In this document: piece by piece, positions 30,053 to 39,228 of the stretch
Layout: each line of letters begins with the position of its first letter
Numbering within the stretch: position 1 is the stretch's first letter
Source of the DNA: an uncultured Candidatus Rokubacteria bacterium
GTDB lineage: Bacteria; Methylomirabilota; Methylomirabilia; Rokubacteriales; CSP1-6
Direction: 5' to 3'
Length of the DNA: 64,000 bases
Assembly (NCBI GenBank): GCA_963707305.1
Contig: CAVPPZ010000014.1
Location: forward strand, 1-64,000
The notes under the pieces: model-generated
Database searches by the model: none
Told to the model about the DNA's origin: nothing
What the model saw: the letters and a program-made list of their open reading frames with translations, nothing else
Position numbers and translations under genes: made by a program

Positions 30053-31049
30053 CGTGCGTGTCGAGGCCGCGCCGTCGCGCTTCGCTCAGGAGCCGGTCCG
30101 GCGGCTCGTGAAAGGGTTCGCGGTTCAGCTCGAACGTGCCCCAGTGCATCGGCACGAGGACCGCGGCGCGTAAATCCTCGAAGGCCTGCACGGCTTCCTC
30201 GGGGTTGATGTGGTTGGGGTGATGCGTGCCCCAGCCGGCGTAGCCACCGATCGGGAGCAGCGCGGCCTGGAACGGGCCGAGCTGCGCGCCGATGTCCTTG
30301 AAGCCGGCGAAGTAGCCCGTGTCGCCCGCGAAGTACAGCCGCTGCTTCGGCGTGCCGACGACCCAGGAGGCCCACAGCCGGTGGTTCTGATCGGTGAGCC
30401 ATCGTCCCGACGAATGCTGCGCAGGGGCCGCGGTGAACGTCACGCCTCGCCACGTCGAGGCCTGCCACCAGTCGAGCTCGACGACGTCGGTCGCGCCGAA
30501 GCGTGTGAGCAGGTCCTTCATCCCGAGCGCCACGAAGAAACGCGGCTGGTACGTCGCGGCGAGGCGCCGCACGGTGGCCTCGTCGAGGTGGTCGTAGTGA
30601 TCGTGCGAGACGACGACCGCGTGGATCGGCGGCAGGTCCTCGAACCTGAGGCCGGGCGGGATGATGCGGCGTGGCCCGACGAAGCGGACGGGACTGGCGC
30701 GGTCGCCCCAGTTCGGATCGGTGAGGATGTTGAGGCCGCCGAGCTGGACGAGAAAGGTCGAGTGCCCGATCCAGGTGAGGGTCGGCTTGACCCCGTTCGC
30801 GCGGATCGCGGCCCCATCGTTCGACAGGACCTCGAGCGGCGTCCCCTGGGCCGGCCATCCCTCGAGAGTCCGCCGGACGAGGCGCCGGGCGCGCTCGACC
30901 ATCGGATAGGCGTACGCGGGATCGAGATTCCTGAACCCACGGTCGAGATGGTGGATCGGGGTCTCACGCTTCGGAGTCTGGGCGGTGGAGAACGTCTGCG
31001 GCGCGACCAGCAGCAGGGCAACGACCAGGACCAGCAAGCGACGACGCAC
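30015..31049 (-). CDS. MBL-fold metallo-hydrolase (NAPE-PLD-like), secreted
   Basis: Signal peptide [16 protein letters not shown]. Metal-binding motifs [10 protein letters not shown] and WIGHSTFL. 344 aa. Confidence 0.8.
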   Translation of the reverse strand: MRRRLLVLVVALLLVAPQTFSTAQTPKRETPIHHLDRGFRNLDPAYAYPMVERARRLVRRTLEGWPAQGTPLEVLSNDGAAIRANGVKPTLTWIGHSTFLVQLGGLNILTDPNWGDRASPVRFVGPRRIIPPGLRFEDLPPIHAVVVSHDHYDHLDEATVRRLAATYQPRFFVALGMKDLLTRFGATDVVELDWWQASTWRGVTFTAAPAQHSSGRWLTDQNHRLWASWVVGTPKQRLYFAGDTGYFAGFKDIGAQLGPFQAALLPIGGYAGWGTHHPNHINPEEAVQAFEDLRAAVLVPMHWGTFELNREPFHEPPDRLLSEARRRGLDTHVRLMNPGQEIGW

Positions 31050-31120
31050 GGCAACTCCTACAATTCGGTGGGGTGTGAGCTCCGCAACAGACCCTTACGC
31101 TATCACACGGGGCGAGGCCC

Positions 31121-31288
31121 TCAATTGAACCAGCCGTCCTGCATGATGTGACGGCGCATGGCGAGGATCGCGGCCACGTCCTCCCGGCGGCACTCCGAGT
31201 TGCCCGCCATCTGGCGGAGGATCAACGAGACGCGCAACCAGGGGAGCTGCCAGGTCGCGTGCGCGTTCGGCGGATCTGACGTGGTCAT
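31121..31288 (-). CDS. hypothetical small protein (55 aa) downstream of the encapsulin gene
   Basis: AAAGGGG ribosome-binding site 6 nt upstream of ATG 31288. No recognisable domain. Confidence 0.3.
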   Translation of the reverse strand: MTTSDPPNAHATWQLPWLRVSLILRQMAGNSECRREDVAAILAMRRHIMQDGWFN

Positions 31289-31450
31289 CGACGCCCCTTT
31301 CGAGAACACTCGAACGTGCTCCCGAACAGGGGGCAACGACGCTGCCATCAGCGGCGGATCGTTAACTCGCTGGTTCTAAACGTGAAACGCGCTTGTGGTC
31401 ATTTCTGCCATGGCAGGGAGAGTCTCCCGAGCGGGGAGGTTCTCCCGGGA

Positions 31451-32261
31451 TCACGGCTCGAGGAGACACACCGCGTCCGGCGTCACGATCTGCGCCCCGA
31501 GGGTCTCGACGCAGAACAGGTGCACCGCGTCGCGATCGTGCAGGCGATAGCCCACGCTGAGGTCGCCGCCGACGCTCAGGACGAAATCGCCGTCCCGGAC
31601 CGAGAAGACGGCGCCCGGCGTCGCGGACGACCAGCGAGCGGTGGACCGCCCGGAGCACCTCGCGCAGTTGCCGGGCCGCGGGATACCCGTGGTCGCCTTC
31701 GGCCTGCAGGTACTCGAAGTACCGGCCCGGCGACAGCACGAGCTCGTACGGCCCACCGATGCCGCGCGTGTCGAGGATCTCGATCGCCTTCAGGACATCC
31801 GCGATCATGCGACCGGGCATCGTCCACTCGCCGGCCTTGACGCGTGGCGACTCCGGCGACGTGAGGAAGCCACCGCCGATGGGATCGCCGTAGAGCGCCA
31901 GGCGATCCTCGGCCAGCGCGACCTCGCGCGCCGCTTCCTCCGCGTGCTTGGTGTCGAGGCGCGTGGCGCCGCGCTCGAACACTTCGATCGCCGGCCACGG
32001 GAGGCTGAACTCCGCGCGGACCTCGGCGAGGAGCACCACCTCGGGCCGGCACACGGTCGCTGTTCCCTCGCGTGTCCGGCACGGCATCATCGTTCCGAGG
32101 CGCGAGGCCACGAGCTGATCCCACCCGTGCGGACCGTCGAACGTGGCGACGCGGCGGGCGGTCAGCACGTGACGCGCCGCCTGCCCCACGGCCTCGTCGA
32201 CCTCTTTCCACACAGGCGCGGACAGCGGAGCGGCCTCTCGACGCAGCGTGTCCATACTCAT
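31451..32261 (-). CDS. family-1 encapsulin nanocompartment shell protein (frameshifted near 31640)
   Basis: GAGGAGG ribosome-binding site. ATG 32261 overlaps the cargo gene stop (ATGA). The N-terminus MSMDTLRREAAPLSAPVWKEVDEAVGQAARHVLTARRVATFDGPHGW...GPYELVLSPGRYFEYL is HK97-fold Linocin_M18-like. After a 1-nt shift the C-terminus reads ...GAVFSVRDGDFVLSVGGDLSVGYRLHDRDAVHLFCVETLGAQIVTPDAVCLLEP. About 270 aa. Confidence 0.8.
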
Positions 32262-32644
32262 CGTCCTCCTCGGAGCGAGCCCACGGTCGCCGTGACGCGC
32301 GCGGCGCGCGGGTGTCCCGCACCGTTCCCCGGCGCCTCGCCCGCTTCGATCGCCTGCTCGCGTCCGACGATCGAGCCGCCGGTGAAGAGGTACTCGCGCA
32401 ACGTGGCGTCGAAGCGTGGATCGCGCCGGCGGATCCATTCGAGCACCATCGCGGCGTGCTCCTTCTCCTCGTCGCGGTTGTGGCGCAGGATGTCGCGCAG
32501 CTCGCCGTCATGGGTGGCGTCCATGCGCTGCTGGTACCAGTCGATCGCCTCCAGCTCTTCCATCAAGCTGACGATGGCGCGATGCATGTCGCGCGTCGCG
32601 GGCGCCAGGTGTTGCTCGGCCTCGTGGAATCCGGTGGAGCTCAT
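32258..32644 (-). CDS. encapsulated ferritin-like protein (EncFtn) cargo with C-terminal targeting peptide
   Basis: GAGGAGG ribosome-binding site 12 nt upstream of ATG 32644. The ferritin-like core is EELEAIDWYQQRMDATHDGELRDILRHNRDEEKEHAAMVLEWIRR. The C-terminal tail ...TATVGSLRGGR resembles encapsulin cargo-loading peptides. The gene lies directly upstream of the shell gene. Confidence 0.75.
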   Translation of the reverse strand: MSSTGFHEAEQHLAPATRDMHRAIVSLMEELEAIDWYQQRMDATHDGELRDILRHNRDEEKEHAAMVLEWIRRRDPRFDATLREYLFTGGSIVGREQAIEAGEAPGNGAGHPRAARVTATVGSLRGGR

Positions 32645-32767
32645 GGGGACGCGGTCCTCCTCGCCCCATCGTCTTGCAATCTTCTTGACAGCGACCTCGA
32701 CAGGACCGACCGTGGCGGACGGCGTGAAGGATCGCGACGAACGTCACGGACACCGGAGGGATCGGAG

Positions 32768-33085
32768 ATGACGGGGGGAACGGCGCGCGTGCGGGTCGCG
32801 GGGGCAGGGGACATCGGCCCCGGAGAAAAACGGGTGGTCGACGCGGCCGGGCGCGCCGTGGCGCTCTTCAACGTGGAGGGGCGCTACTACGCGATCGACA
32901 ACGCCTGCCCGCATCGCGGCGGGCCCCTGGCCGACGGGGATCTCGAGGGCGCGGTGATCGCGTGTCCCTGGCATGCCTGGCGCTGGGACGTCCGCACCGG
33001 CGCCAACACCAACAATCCCGCGGTGACGCTGGCCTGCTACGCCGTGACGGAGGAGGCGGGGAGCCTCTTCATCGAGGTCGCGTGA
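32768..33085 (+). CDS. Rieske [2Fe-2S] domain protein (NirD-like small Rieske ferredoxin)
   Basis: 105 aa with the CPHRGG and CPWHAW Rieske motifs. It diverges from the encapsulin operon. Confidence 0.8.
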   Translation: MTGGTARVRVAGAGDIGPGEKRVVDAAGRAVALFNVEGRYYAIDNACPHRGGPLADGDLEGAVIACPWHAWRWDVRTGANTNNPAVTLACYAVTEEAGSLFIEVA

Positions 33086-33128
33086 CGGTTTTGTTGACAC
33101 CCCGCGACCGCTTTCCTAGCATGCTCTG

Positions 33129-33323
33129 GTGGAGGCGGTGCTCGGCAGCTCGCTGACGCTTCCAGTCGGCGTGGCGCTCCTCGCAGGCGTGGGACTGGCG
33201 TATGGGTGGCGTGTGTACCAGCGGTGCCCGCATTGCGGACGCGTGGTCCGTCGAGTGTTCGTTGGGTGGAAACGCTGCCACGGGTGTGGCCGCCAGTACC
33301 GCCGTGGACTGAGACTGAGATGA
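33129..33323 (+). CDS. small membrane-anchored zinc-ribbon protein (CPHCG...CHGCG)
   Basis: 64 aa with a GTG start. One transmembrane helix (LTLPVGVALLAGVGLAYGW) precedes the CPHC-x14-CHGC motif. The 3' end overlaps the bactofilin start, and the start codon is uncertain. Confidence 0.4.
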   Translation: MEAVLGSSLTLPVGVALLAGVGLAYGWRVYQRCPHCGRVVRRVFVGWKRCHGCGRQYRRGLRLR

Positions 33324-33724
33324 GAGCGCTCCTCCGCTTCTTCGGCCTCGCCGATGGGTCCGGCGCCGCCTACGCGCCGCCGGCCCACGCGCCCACTATC
33401 GTCGGCGCGGGCATGACGATGAAGGGTGAGATCAAGGGCGAAGGGACCGTGCTCATGCTCGGCTCGTTCGAGGGCGACATCGTGCTGGACGGCACGCTGC
33501 ACGTCGGCCCCGAGTCGCGGATCGACGCCAACATCGCGGCGACCGCGATCGTGATCGCCGGCAGCGTCCGCGGCAATCTCTCGTCCAACACCCGCGTCGA
33601 GGTCCTCCCCAGTGGCTCGTTCACCGGCTCCGTCCGGAGCGGCAGCTTCACCGCCGCCGACGGCGCCGTGGTCAAGGGCGACCTGTGGGTCGAGCGGCCG
33701 GCCACGACGCCCGCCGCCTCGTGA
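33320..33724 (+). CDS. bactofilin (DUF583) cytoskeletal protein
   Basis: MRALLRFFGLADGSG...TIVGAGMTMKGEIKGEGTVLMLGSFEGDIVLDGTLHVGPESRIDANI...GSVRGNL is the bactofilin beta-helix repeat. Confidence 0.8.
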   Translation: MRALLRFFGLADGSGAAYAPPAHAPTIVGAGMTMKGEIKGEGTVLMLGSFEGDIVLDGTLHVGPESRIDANIAATAIVIAGSVRGNLSSNTRVEVLPSGSFTGSVRSGSFTAADGAVVKGDLWVERPATTPAAS

Positions 33725-34356
33725 ACGAGCTCCTCGCGCGTCTGACGCCGCGGCTGCTGGTCACGGTCGGTCTCGGCGTGCTCGGCCTCGTCCTCGTGGT
33801 CGGTGGCGCCTGGTTCTGGCTGAGTACCCAGTCCGAGCGCGCGCAGGCGGTCCATGCCGACGGACTGGCGCAGGCCTACGCTCTGCGCGGGGGCCAGGCG
33901 CCCGCCGCGGCACGCACCGCCGCCATGACCGCGCTCGAGGCCGCGATGGCGCAGGCGCCGGGCGCTCCGCTCGCGTCGCAGAGCGCGTACGAGCTCGGCA
34001 ATCTCCGCTTCGACCTCGGCCAGTACGCGCAGGCCCGCGCGGCCTATGAGATCGCGCGCGCCCGGGCCGAGAGCGCGACGATCCGCACGCTCGCCCGCGC
34101 CGGCATCGCCGCGACGTGGGAGAGCGAGCGCAACTTCGGGAGCGCGATCACCGCGTACACGGAGGCGCTCGCCGGCGAGAAGCCGGGCCAGTTCTACTAC
34201 GAGGACCTCCTGATCGGGCTCGGGCGCAGCCAGGAGCTCTCCGGGAAGCGCGACGACGCGATCAAGACGTACCAGCGGCTCTTGAAGGACGTGCCGAAGC
34301 TGCGGCGCGAGAGCGAGATCCGCGGGCGGCTGGCGAGTCTGGGGGTCAGCGGCTAG
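33685..34356 (+). CDS. TPR-repeat membrane-anchored protein
   Basis: N-terminal transmembrane helix LLVTVGLGVLGLVLVVGGAWFW followed by TPR-like Ala/Tyr-rich repeats. The start is ambiguous: ATG 33685 lies inside the bactofilin gene, and GTG 33721 overlaps its stop. Confidence 0.5.
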   Translation: MGRAAGHDARRLVNELLARLTPRLLVTVGLGVLGLVLVVGGAWFWLSTQSERAQAVHADGLAQAYALRGGQAPAAARTAAMTALEAAMAQAPGAPLASQSAYELGNLRFDLGQYAQARAAYEIARARAESATIRTLARAGIAATWESERNFGSAITAYTEALAGEKPGQFYYEDLLIGLGRSQELSGKRDDAIKTYQRLLKDVPKLRRESEIRGRLASLGVSG

Positions 34357-34459
34357 GATTCCCCGTTCTCGAGGCCCGGTTGACGACGGCCCCGACCCCG
34401 CCTACGATCCCTCCATTCAGACGAGACGATCGCACCTATCGCGCCGCTTTCGTGCTCTC

Positions 34460-35551
34460 GTGGCCCTGGCGGGAGGCGCCGTGGCCTGGGCGCTCGCCGC
34501 GCCCGCGGCCGGTCAAGGGTTCGGCGCCGACACGCCGGGTGGCACGGGGAAGCTCGTCGTCACCGTCACCAGTCTGGCCGACGCGGGGCCGGGGACGTTG
34601 CGCGAGGCGCTGGCCGGCGGCGGCGATCGGTCGATCGTGTTCGCCGTGGGCGGCGTGATCCGGACGGCCATGGAGCTGTACGTCACCGGCGGCTTCGTGA
34701 CCATCGACGGCACGACCGCGCCGGCCCCCGGCATCACGCTCGACGGCCACGGCATCGTCATCCGCGGCAACAAGGGCGCCCATGACGTGATCGTGCGCGG
34801 CCTCAGGATCCGCAACGCGAAGAACGACAGCATCCAGATCACGAACGCCGCGCACAACGTGCTCATCGAGCACGTCTCCACCCACGGCGCCGCCGACGGC
34901 AACATCGACATCACGCAGGGCGCCCGCGACGTGACGGTGCGCTGGAGCATCCTGGCCAAGCCGCGGTTCCACGAGAAGAACATGCTGATCTCGTACGGAC
35001 CCGCGCGGATCAGCCTCTACAACAATCTGTTCGTCGGCGCCCGGCAGCGCAATCCGCTCGTGAAGATGACCACCGGCGTGGCGACCGACACGACCGTCGA
35101 CATGCGCCACAACGTCGTCTGGGGCTGGCAGCGCGGGATCGCCACGGACATCCGCGACGGGGTCTGGATCAACGTGGTCGGCAACTACTACGGGGGCGCG
35201 AGCGACATGAGGGACGCCATCGTGGTGAACTTTGACCCGGCGGACACGCCGCCGCGCGCCTACATCGCGGACAACGTCCGGGCCGATGGCCGGCCGATCC
35301 ATCCGCGCGGCACCGGGAATCTCACGGCGCCGCTGCCGGCGCCGGCGATCCCGGGCGGGCGGCCGTGCGAGGAAGCGCACGCCGTGCTGCGGAAGGCGGG
35401 CGCGCGTCCGCTCGACGCGATCGACGAGAGGTTCGTCGCCATGGTGACGGTGGCGGCGTGCGAACCGTCGCCGCCGCAGGAGGAGCCGGCGAAGGACGCG
35501 CCGACGGTCGACGCCAAAGAGCCGGATCGAGAGGCGCCGAAGCAGCCCTAG
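34460..35551 (+). CDS. secreted right-handed beta-helix protein, pectate-lyase-like
   Basis: Signal peptide ...ALAGGAVAWALAAPAAGQG. Parallel beta-helix repeats are present (HDVIVRGLRIRNAKNDSIQITNAAHNVLIEHVSTHGAADGNIDIT...). The C-terminus is Pro/Glu-rich. Confidence 0.6.
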   Translation: MALAGGAVAWALAAPAAGQGFGADTPGGTGKLVVTVTSLADAGPGTLREALAGGGDRSIVFAVGGVIRTAMELYVTGGFVTIDGTTAPAPGITLDGHGIVIRGNKGAHDVIVRGLRIRNAKNDSIQITNAAHNVLIEHVSTHGAADGNIDITQGARDVTVRWSILAKPRFHEKNMLISYGPARISLYNNLFVGARQRNPLVKMTTGVATDTTVDMRHNVVWGWQRGIATDIRDGVWINVVGNYYGGASDMRDAIVVNFDPADTPPRAYIADNVRADGRPIHPRGTGNLTAPLPAPAIPGGRPCEEAHAVLRKAGARPLDAIDERFVAMVTVAACEPSPPQEEPAKDAPTVDAKEPDREAPKQP

Positions 35552-35588
35552 AGGGCCCCGCCCCGCTGGTCTAAGTGCCGATAAGCCG

Positions 35589-35648
35589 CATTATGTCAAC
35601 CACGCCAGGAGCGAGACGCTCGTGGCGTGGTCGACATAATGCCCGGGG
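35589..35648. repeat. long inverted repeat (19-bp arms) GCATTATGTCAACCACGCC ... GGCGTGGTCGACATAATGC
   Basis: Near-perfect hairpin (1 mismatch) in the convergent intergenic region between the beta-helix gene and the Sec-peroxiredoxin gene. It contains the ATGTCAACC motif that also ends repeat copy B. Confidence 0.5.
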
Positions 35649-35687
35649 GTTTCGAGCGAGGGACTACCGACGGCTGATCGCGGCGGG

Positions 35688-36162
35688 CTACTGCTTCTTA
35701 CGCAGTGACTCGATCACGTCCAGGACCCGGAGAACCTCCGCGCCGTCGCGGACCATCTGACGGTCGCCGGCCTGGCCCCAGCGCAGGATCGCCCTCCCGA
35801 TCCACCACGAACGTCGAACGCCACGCCACGTTCCGGTCCTCGTCCAGGACGCCGTACGCACGGATCGCGGTGCGATGGATGTCGCTCAGGAGCGGGAACG
35901 AGATCTTCCGGGCCTCCAGGAACGCGGCGTGGGAGAACGGGCTGTCGGCGCTGATGCCGAGCAGCATCGCCCCACGCTCCGCGGCCTTCGCTGCGACCTG
36001 GCCCAGGCCGCCCAGCTCAGGCGTTCAGATGCTGCCCCAGTCGTAGCAGTAGAAGACGAGGACGACGTCCTTGCCACGGAGCTCGGCCAGGTGGATCTGG
36101 CCGCCCCCCGTGGACGGGAGCGTGAAATCCGGCGCGGGCTGGCCGAAGCGGAGTCCTGTCAT
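35688..36162 (-). CDS. Bcp-type peroxiredoxin with in-frame TGA at the peroxidatic-Cys position (candidate Sec-Prx); 1 frameshift near 35795
   Basis: ATG 36162 overlaps the paaK stop (ATGA). The product is [46 protein letters not shown](TGA, 36027..36025)-TPELGGLGQVAAKAAERGAMLLGISADSPFSHAAFLEARKISFPLLSDIHRTAIRAYGV... This aligns with the Bcp motif FYPKDxTPGC(T)TE, with U in place of the peroxidatic Cys. After a 1-nt shift the C-terminus reads ...ILRWGQAGDRQMVRDGAEVLRVLDVIESLRKKQ. Confidence 0.6.
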
Positions 36163-37432
36163 GCGTCCCTATGTACCACACGGACCGCCTTTCCTTCAGA
36201 GCGCGGAATCGTCTGCGGTGGGACGAGGTGGACCTCGACGCCGAGACCGATCGCGACGCGCACGCAGTCGGCGATCCGGACGCGCAGCGCGTCCAGCTCG
36301 GGATGGCGCTCCGTGAAGCCGCCGCACCGCGCGAGCAGCAGCGCCGCGGGCTCGACGTGGACCTCCACGCGCGCGAGCGTCTCCGTGCGATCGACGACGA
36401 GCTGATAGTGCGGCTCGAGCTCCGCGATCGTGAGCAGCGCCGCTTCGACCTCGGACGGATAGACGTTCACGCCCTTGATGACGAGCATGTCGTCGGCGCG
36501 TCCCTTGAGCCGCGCGATGCGCGCGGACGTGCGCCCGCACCGGCACGGCGCGGTCGTGAGCGCGGTGATGTCGCCCGTCCGGTAGCGGAGCATGGGCAGC
36601 GCGCGCTTGGTCAGCGTCGTCACCACGAGCTCCCCTTCCTCGCCCTCGCCGCGCGGCGCGCCCGTCGCGGGATCCACGATCTCCGGCAGGAAGTGATCGT
36701 CCGGCGACGTGCAACCCCTCGCGCGCCTCGCACTCGCCGGCGACGCCGGGTCCGATGATCTCCGACAGGCCGTACACGTCGTACGCGGGGCAGCCCCACA
36801 CGCGCTCGAGCGCGCGCCGCAGCCCTTCGGTCCACGGCTCGGCGCCGAACATCCCGTACTTCAGGCCGAGCTCGTGCGGGCGACCGCCCGGCGGCGAGCA
36901 GGCTCTCGCCGATGTGGAGCGCGAACGACGGCGTGGCGCCGAGCCCGTCGGGCCGGAAATCCTGGAGCAGCATCTGGTGGCGCGCGGTGTTGCCGGAGGA
37001 GACCGGGACCACGGTCATCCCGATGCGCTCGCCGCCGTCGTGAAAGCCGAGGCCGCCCGTGAAGAGCCCGTAGCCGTAGGCGTTGTGCAGCGTGTGGCCG
37101 GGCCGGGCGCCGGCCGCGACCATCACTCGCGCCATCACCTCGCGCCACACGTCGAGGTCGCCGGCCGTGTAGCCGACGACGGTCGGCTTGCCCTTGGTGC
37201 CCGACGACGCGTGGATTCTCGCGAGCTCGGTCCGCGGGACCGCGAAGAGCCCGAAGGGATAGTGCTCGCGCAGGTCGGTCTTCCGCGTGAACGGCAGCGC
37301 CTGGAGGTCGTCGAGGCTCCGGATCTCCGGCGTGCCGACGCGCGCCCGGATCACCGGCACGCGCTCCACCGTCCACCGGACCGTCTCGCGCAGGCGGGCG
37401 AGCTGGAGCGCGCGCCGCTCGTCGGCCGTCAT
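36159..37432 (-). CDS. paaK: phenylacetate--CoA ligase (PaaK); two frameshifts
   Basis: [20 protein letters not shown]...[14 protein letters not shown] (AMP-binding motif) ... then shifts near 36900 and 36715 ... [17 protein letters not shown]...[19 protein letters not shown]...[13 protein letters not shown]...[19 protein letters not shown]...[12 protein letters not shown]. Confidence 0.8.
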
Positions 37433-37461
37433 CGTCTCCGCGCCTGGATTCCAGATCATCC

Positions 37462-37818
37462 TCAGCCCTTGGGTGGCAACCGACCGTCCGACCGTCCATT
37501 TTGTGCGAGGACGGTCTTGAGGTCAGGCGGCTCCGGGAACTGCTGGTCGACGGTGACGTGCCGGCGCAGTCCGAGGGCTTCCCGCTGGATCAGGAGGGCA
37601 AGCCGCGCGTCGAGGGCCCGGCGCCGCGCGATGGTGTAGTCCTCCGACCGCCGCTCGTGCTCGGCCGCGTCGCGGGCGGCGAGCAGGCGGTCGGCGGCCT
37701 CGCGCGTCTCCTGGAGGGCCTGCTCCAGCCGCTCCCCGGCCCGGCCCAGCGCGGCCGCCTTCTCTCCGGCGATCTCCTTCTCGATCCGGCGGAGGGCCTC
37801 GCCCCGGGTCGACGTCAT
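37462..37818 (-). CDS. hypothetical coiled-coil protein (118 aa)
   Basis: ATG 37818. Charged helical sequence with no recognisable domain. The stop overlaps the upstream-most paaK ATG. Confidence 0.35.
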   Translation of the reverse strand: MTSTRGEALRRIEKEIAGEKAAALGRAGERLEQALQETREAADRLLAARDAAEHERRSEDYTIARRRALDARLALLIQREALGLRRHVTVDQQFPEPPDLKTVLAQNGRSDGRLPPKG

Positions 37819-38053
37819 TCGAGGACGACCCCCGTGAGGAGCCAGTGCTGACGCTCGAGGAAATGCTTCAACGTCTCCATGACGGCCGGGTCCGTCGCCG
37901 GCTCGAGGCTGACGCGGTCGGGCAGGATGTGGCGGACGTCGGGGTAGGTCACGAGCACCTTGCGCAGCGTGCGCACGCGCTGGTCCGACGACAGGAGCCC
38001 CTGTCCCTCCCGCCCACTCCACTCCCCGCGCAGGAGAACGCGGATGGCCCGGC

Positions 38054-39215
38054 TCAGGAGACGCCAGCCTCCACGCGGGCGGCCGCTTCCGTGTACAGGT
38101 CGAGCGTCCGGTCGATCTGGAGACGGACGTCGAACTCGCGCTCGGCCACGGCGCGCGCGCGGGCGGCCATCCGCGCGCGCCGCTCGGGATCGAGCAGCAG
38201 GCCGATGGCGGCCTCGGCGAGGGAGGCGCCGTCGGGCTTGGTGAGCACGCCCGTCTCGCCGTCACGGACGGCCTCGTCGCACCCGGGGCCGCTCACCGTC
38301 ACCGCGGGCAGCCCGCACGCGGCGGCCTCGGCGAGCACGAGCCCCTGGGTCTCGGTCTCGGACGCGAAGACGAAGAGATCGGCGGCCCGGTAACACTCGA
38401 CGAGCGCCTCGTGGGGCCGCACGCCGAGGAAGTGGATGCGATCGCCGACGGGCAGCGCGCGGGCACGGCGGCGCAAGCGCGTCCGCTTCGGTCCCGTGCC
38501 CGACGAGCACCAGGCGCGCCCGCGGGACCGTGCCGACGACCAGCTCGAAGGCGGTCAGGATCCGTTCCACGCTCTTCTCGCGGTCCAGCCGGCCCACGTA
38601 GAGCAGCACGCGGTCATCGGCCGCGAGCCCCAGCTCGCGACGGGCGCCGGCGGTGTCGCCGGGCGCGAAGTGCGCGAGGTCCACGCCCGTCGGCACGACC
38701 GCGATCGGCGTGCGCACGCCGCGCGCCGTGAGCTCGTCGCGGATCAGCGCGGACGGCGCGATGACGGCGTCGGCGCGCGCGGCGAAGCGCGTGCTGATGC
38801 CGACCGCGGCCGCCTCGACGAGACGGCGCGGCAGCGGGACGTAGTGCGCGTACTTGTCGTAGCGCGTGTGGTAGGTGAACACGAGGGCGCGGCGCTCGCG
38901 GTGCGCGAGCCGGCGCGCGAGCGGGCCGAGGAGGAACGGATGGTGCGCGTGGAAGACGTCGAACCGCTCGGCGCGCACGCGCTGGGACACCGCGCGCGAC
39001 CACGGCACCGCCAGCGCGAACTCGGGATAGGTCGCGGCCGGGAGCGAGGGATAGCGCACGATGTGGTCGGTCGTGTCGGCGGCGCCGGGAAAGCGCGGCG
39101 CGAACACCCAGGCCGCGTGACCGCGGGCCTCGAGTCCCCGGCGGAGCGTCTCCACCGAGGTGGTGACGCCGCCGCGAAACGGCAGGTAGTTGTTGGTGAA
39201 GAGAGCGATCTTCAC
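38054..39215 (-). CDS. glycosyltransferase family 4 (frameshifted near 38480)
   Basis: N-terminus MKIALFTNNYLPFRGGVTTSVETL (GT4 N-terminal domain). After a shift the C-terminal domain reads ...FLGVRPHEALVECYRAADLFVFASETETQGLVLAEAAACGLPAVT. Confidence 0.8.
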
Positions 39216-39228
39216 GATCGGGCCGTCG

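Noticed and set aside
36025-36027. The TGA in the bcp gene as a simple TGC-to-TGA assembly error rather than Sec
   Set aside because: Not fully rejected. The error rate in this contig is high, but the errors seen are indels, not substitutions. A second redox-site TGA occurs in the SelW-like gene. The Sec interpretation is kept as the leading hypothesis pending read-level evidence.
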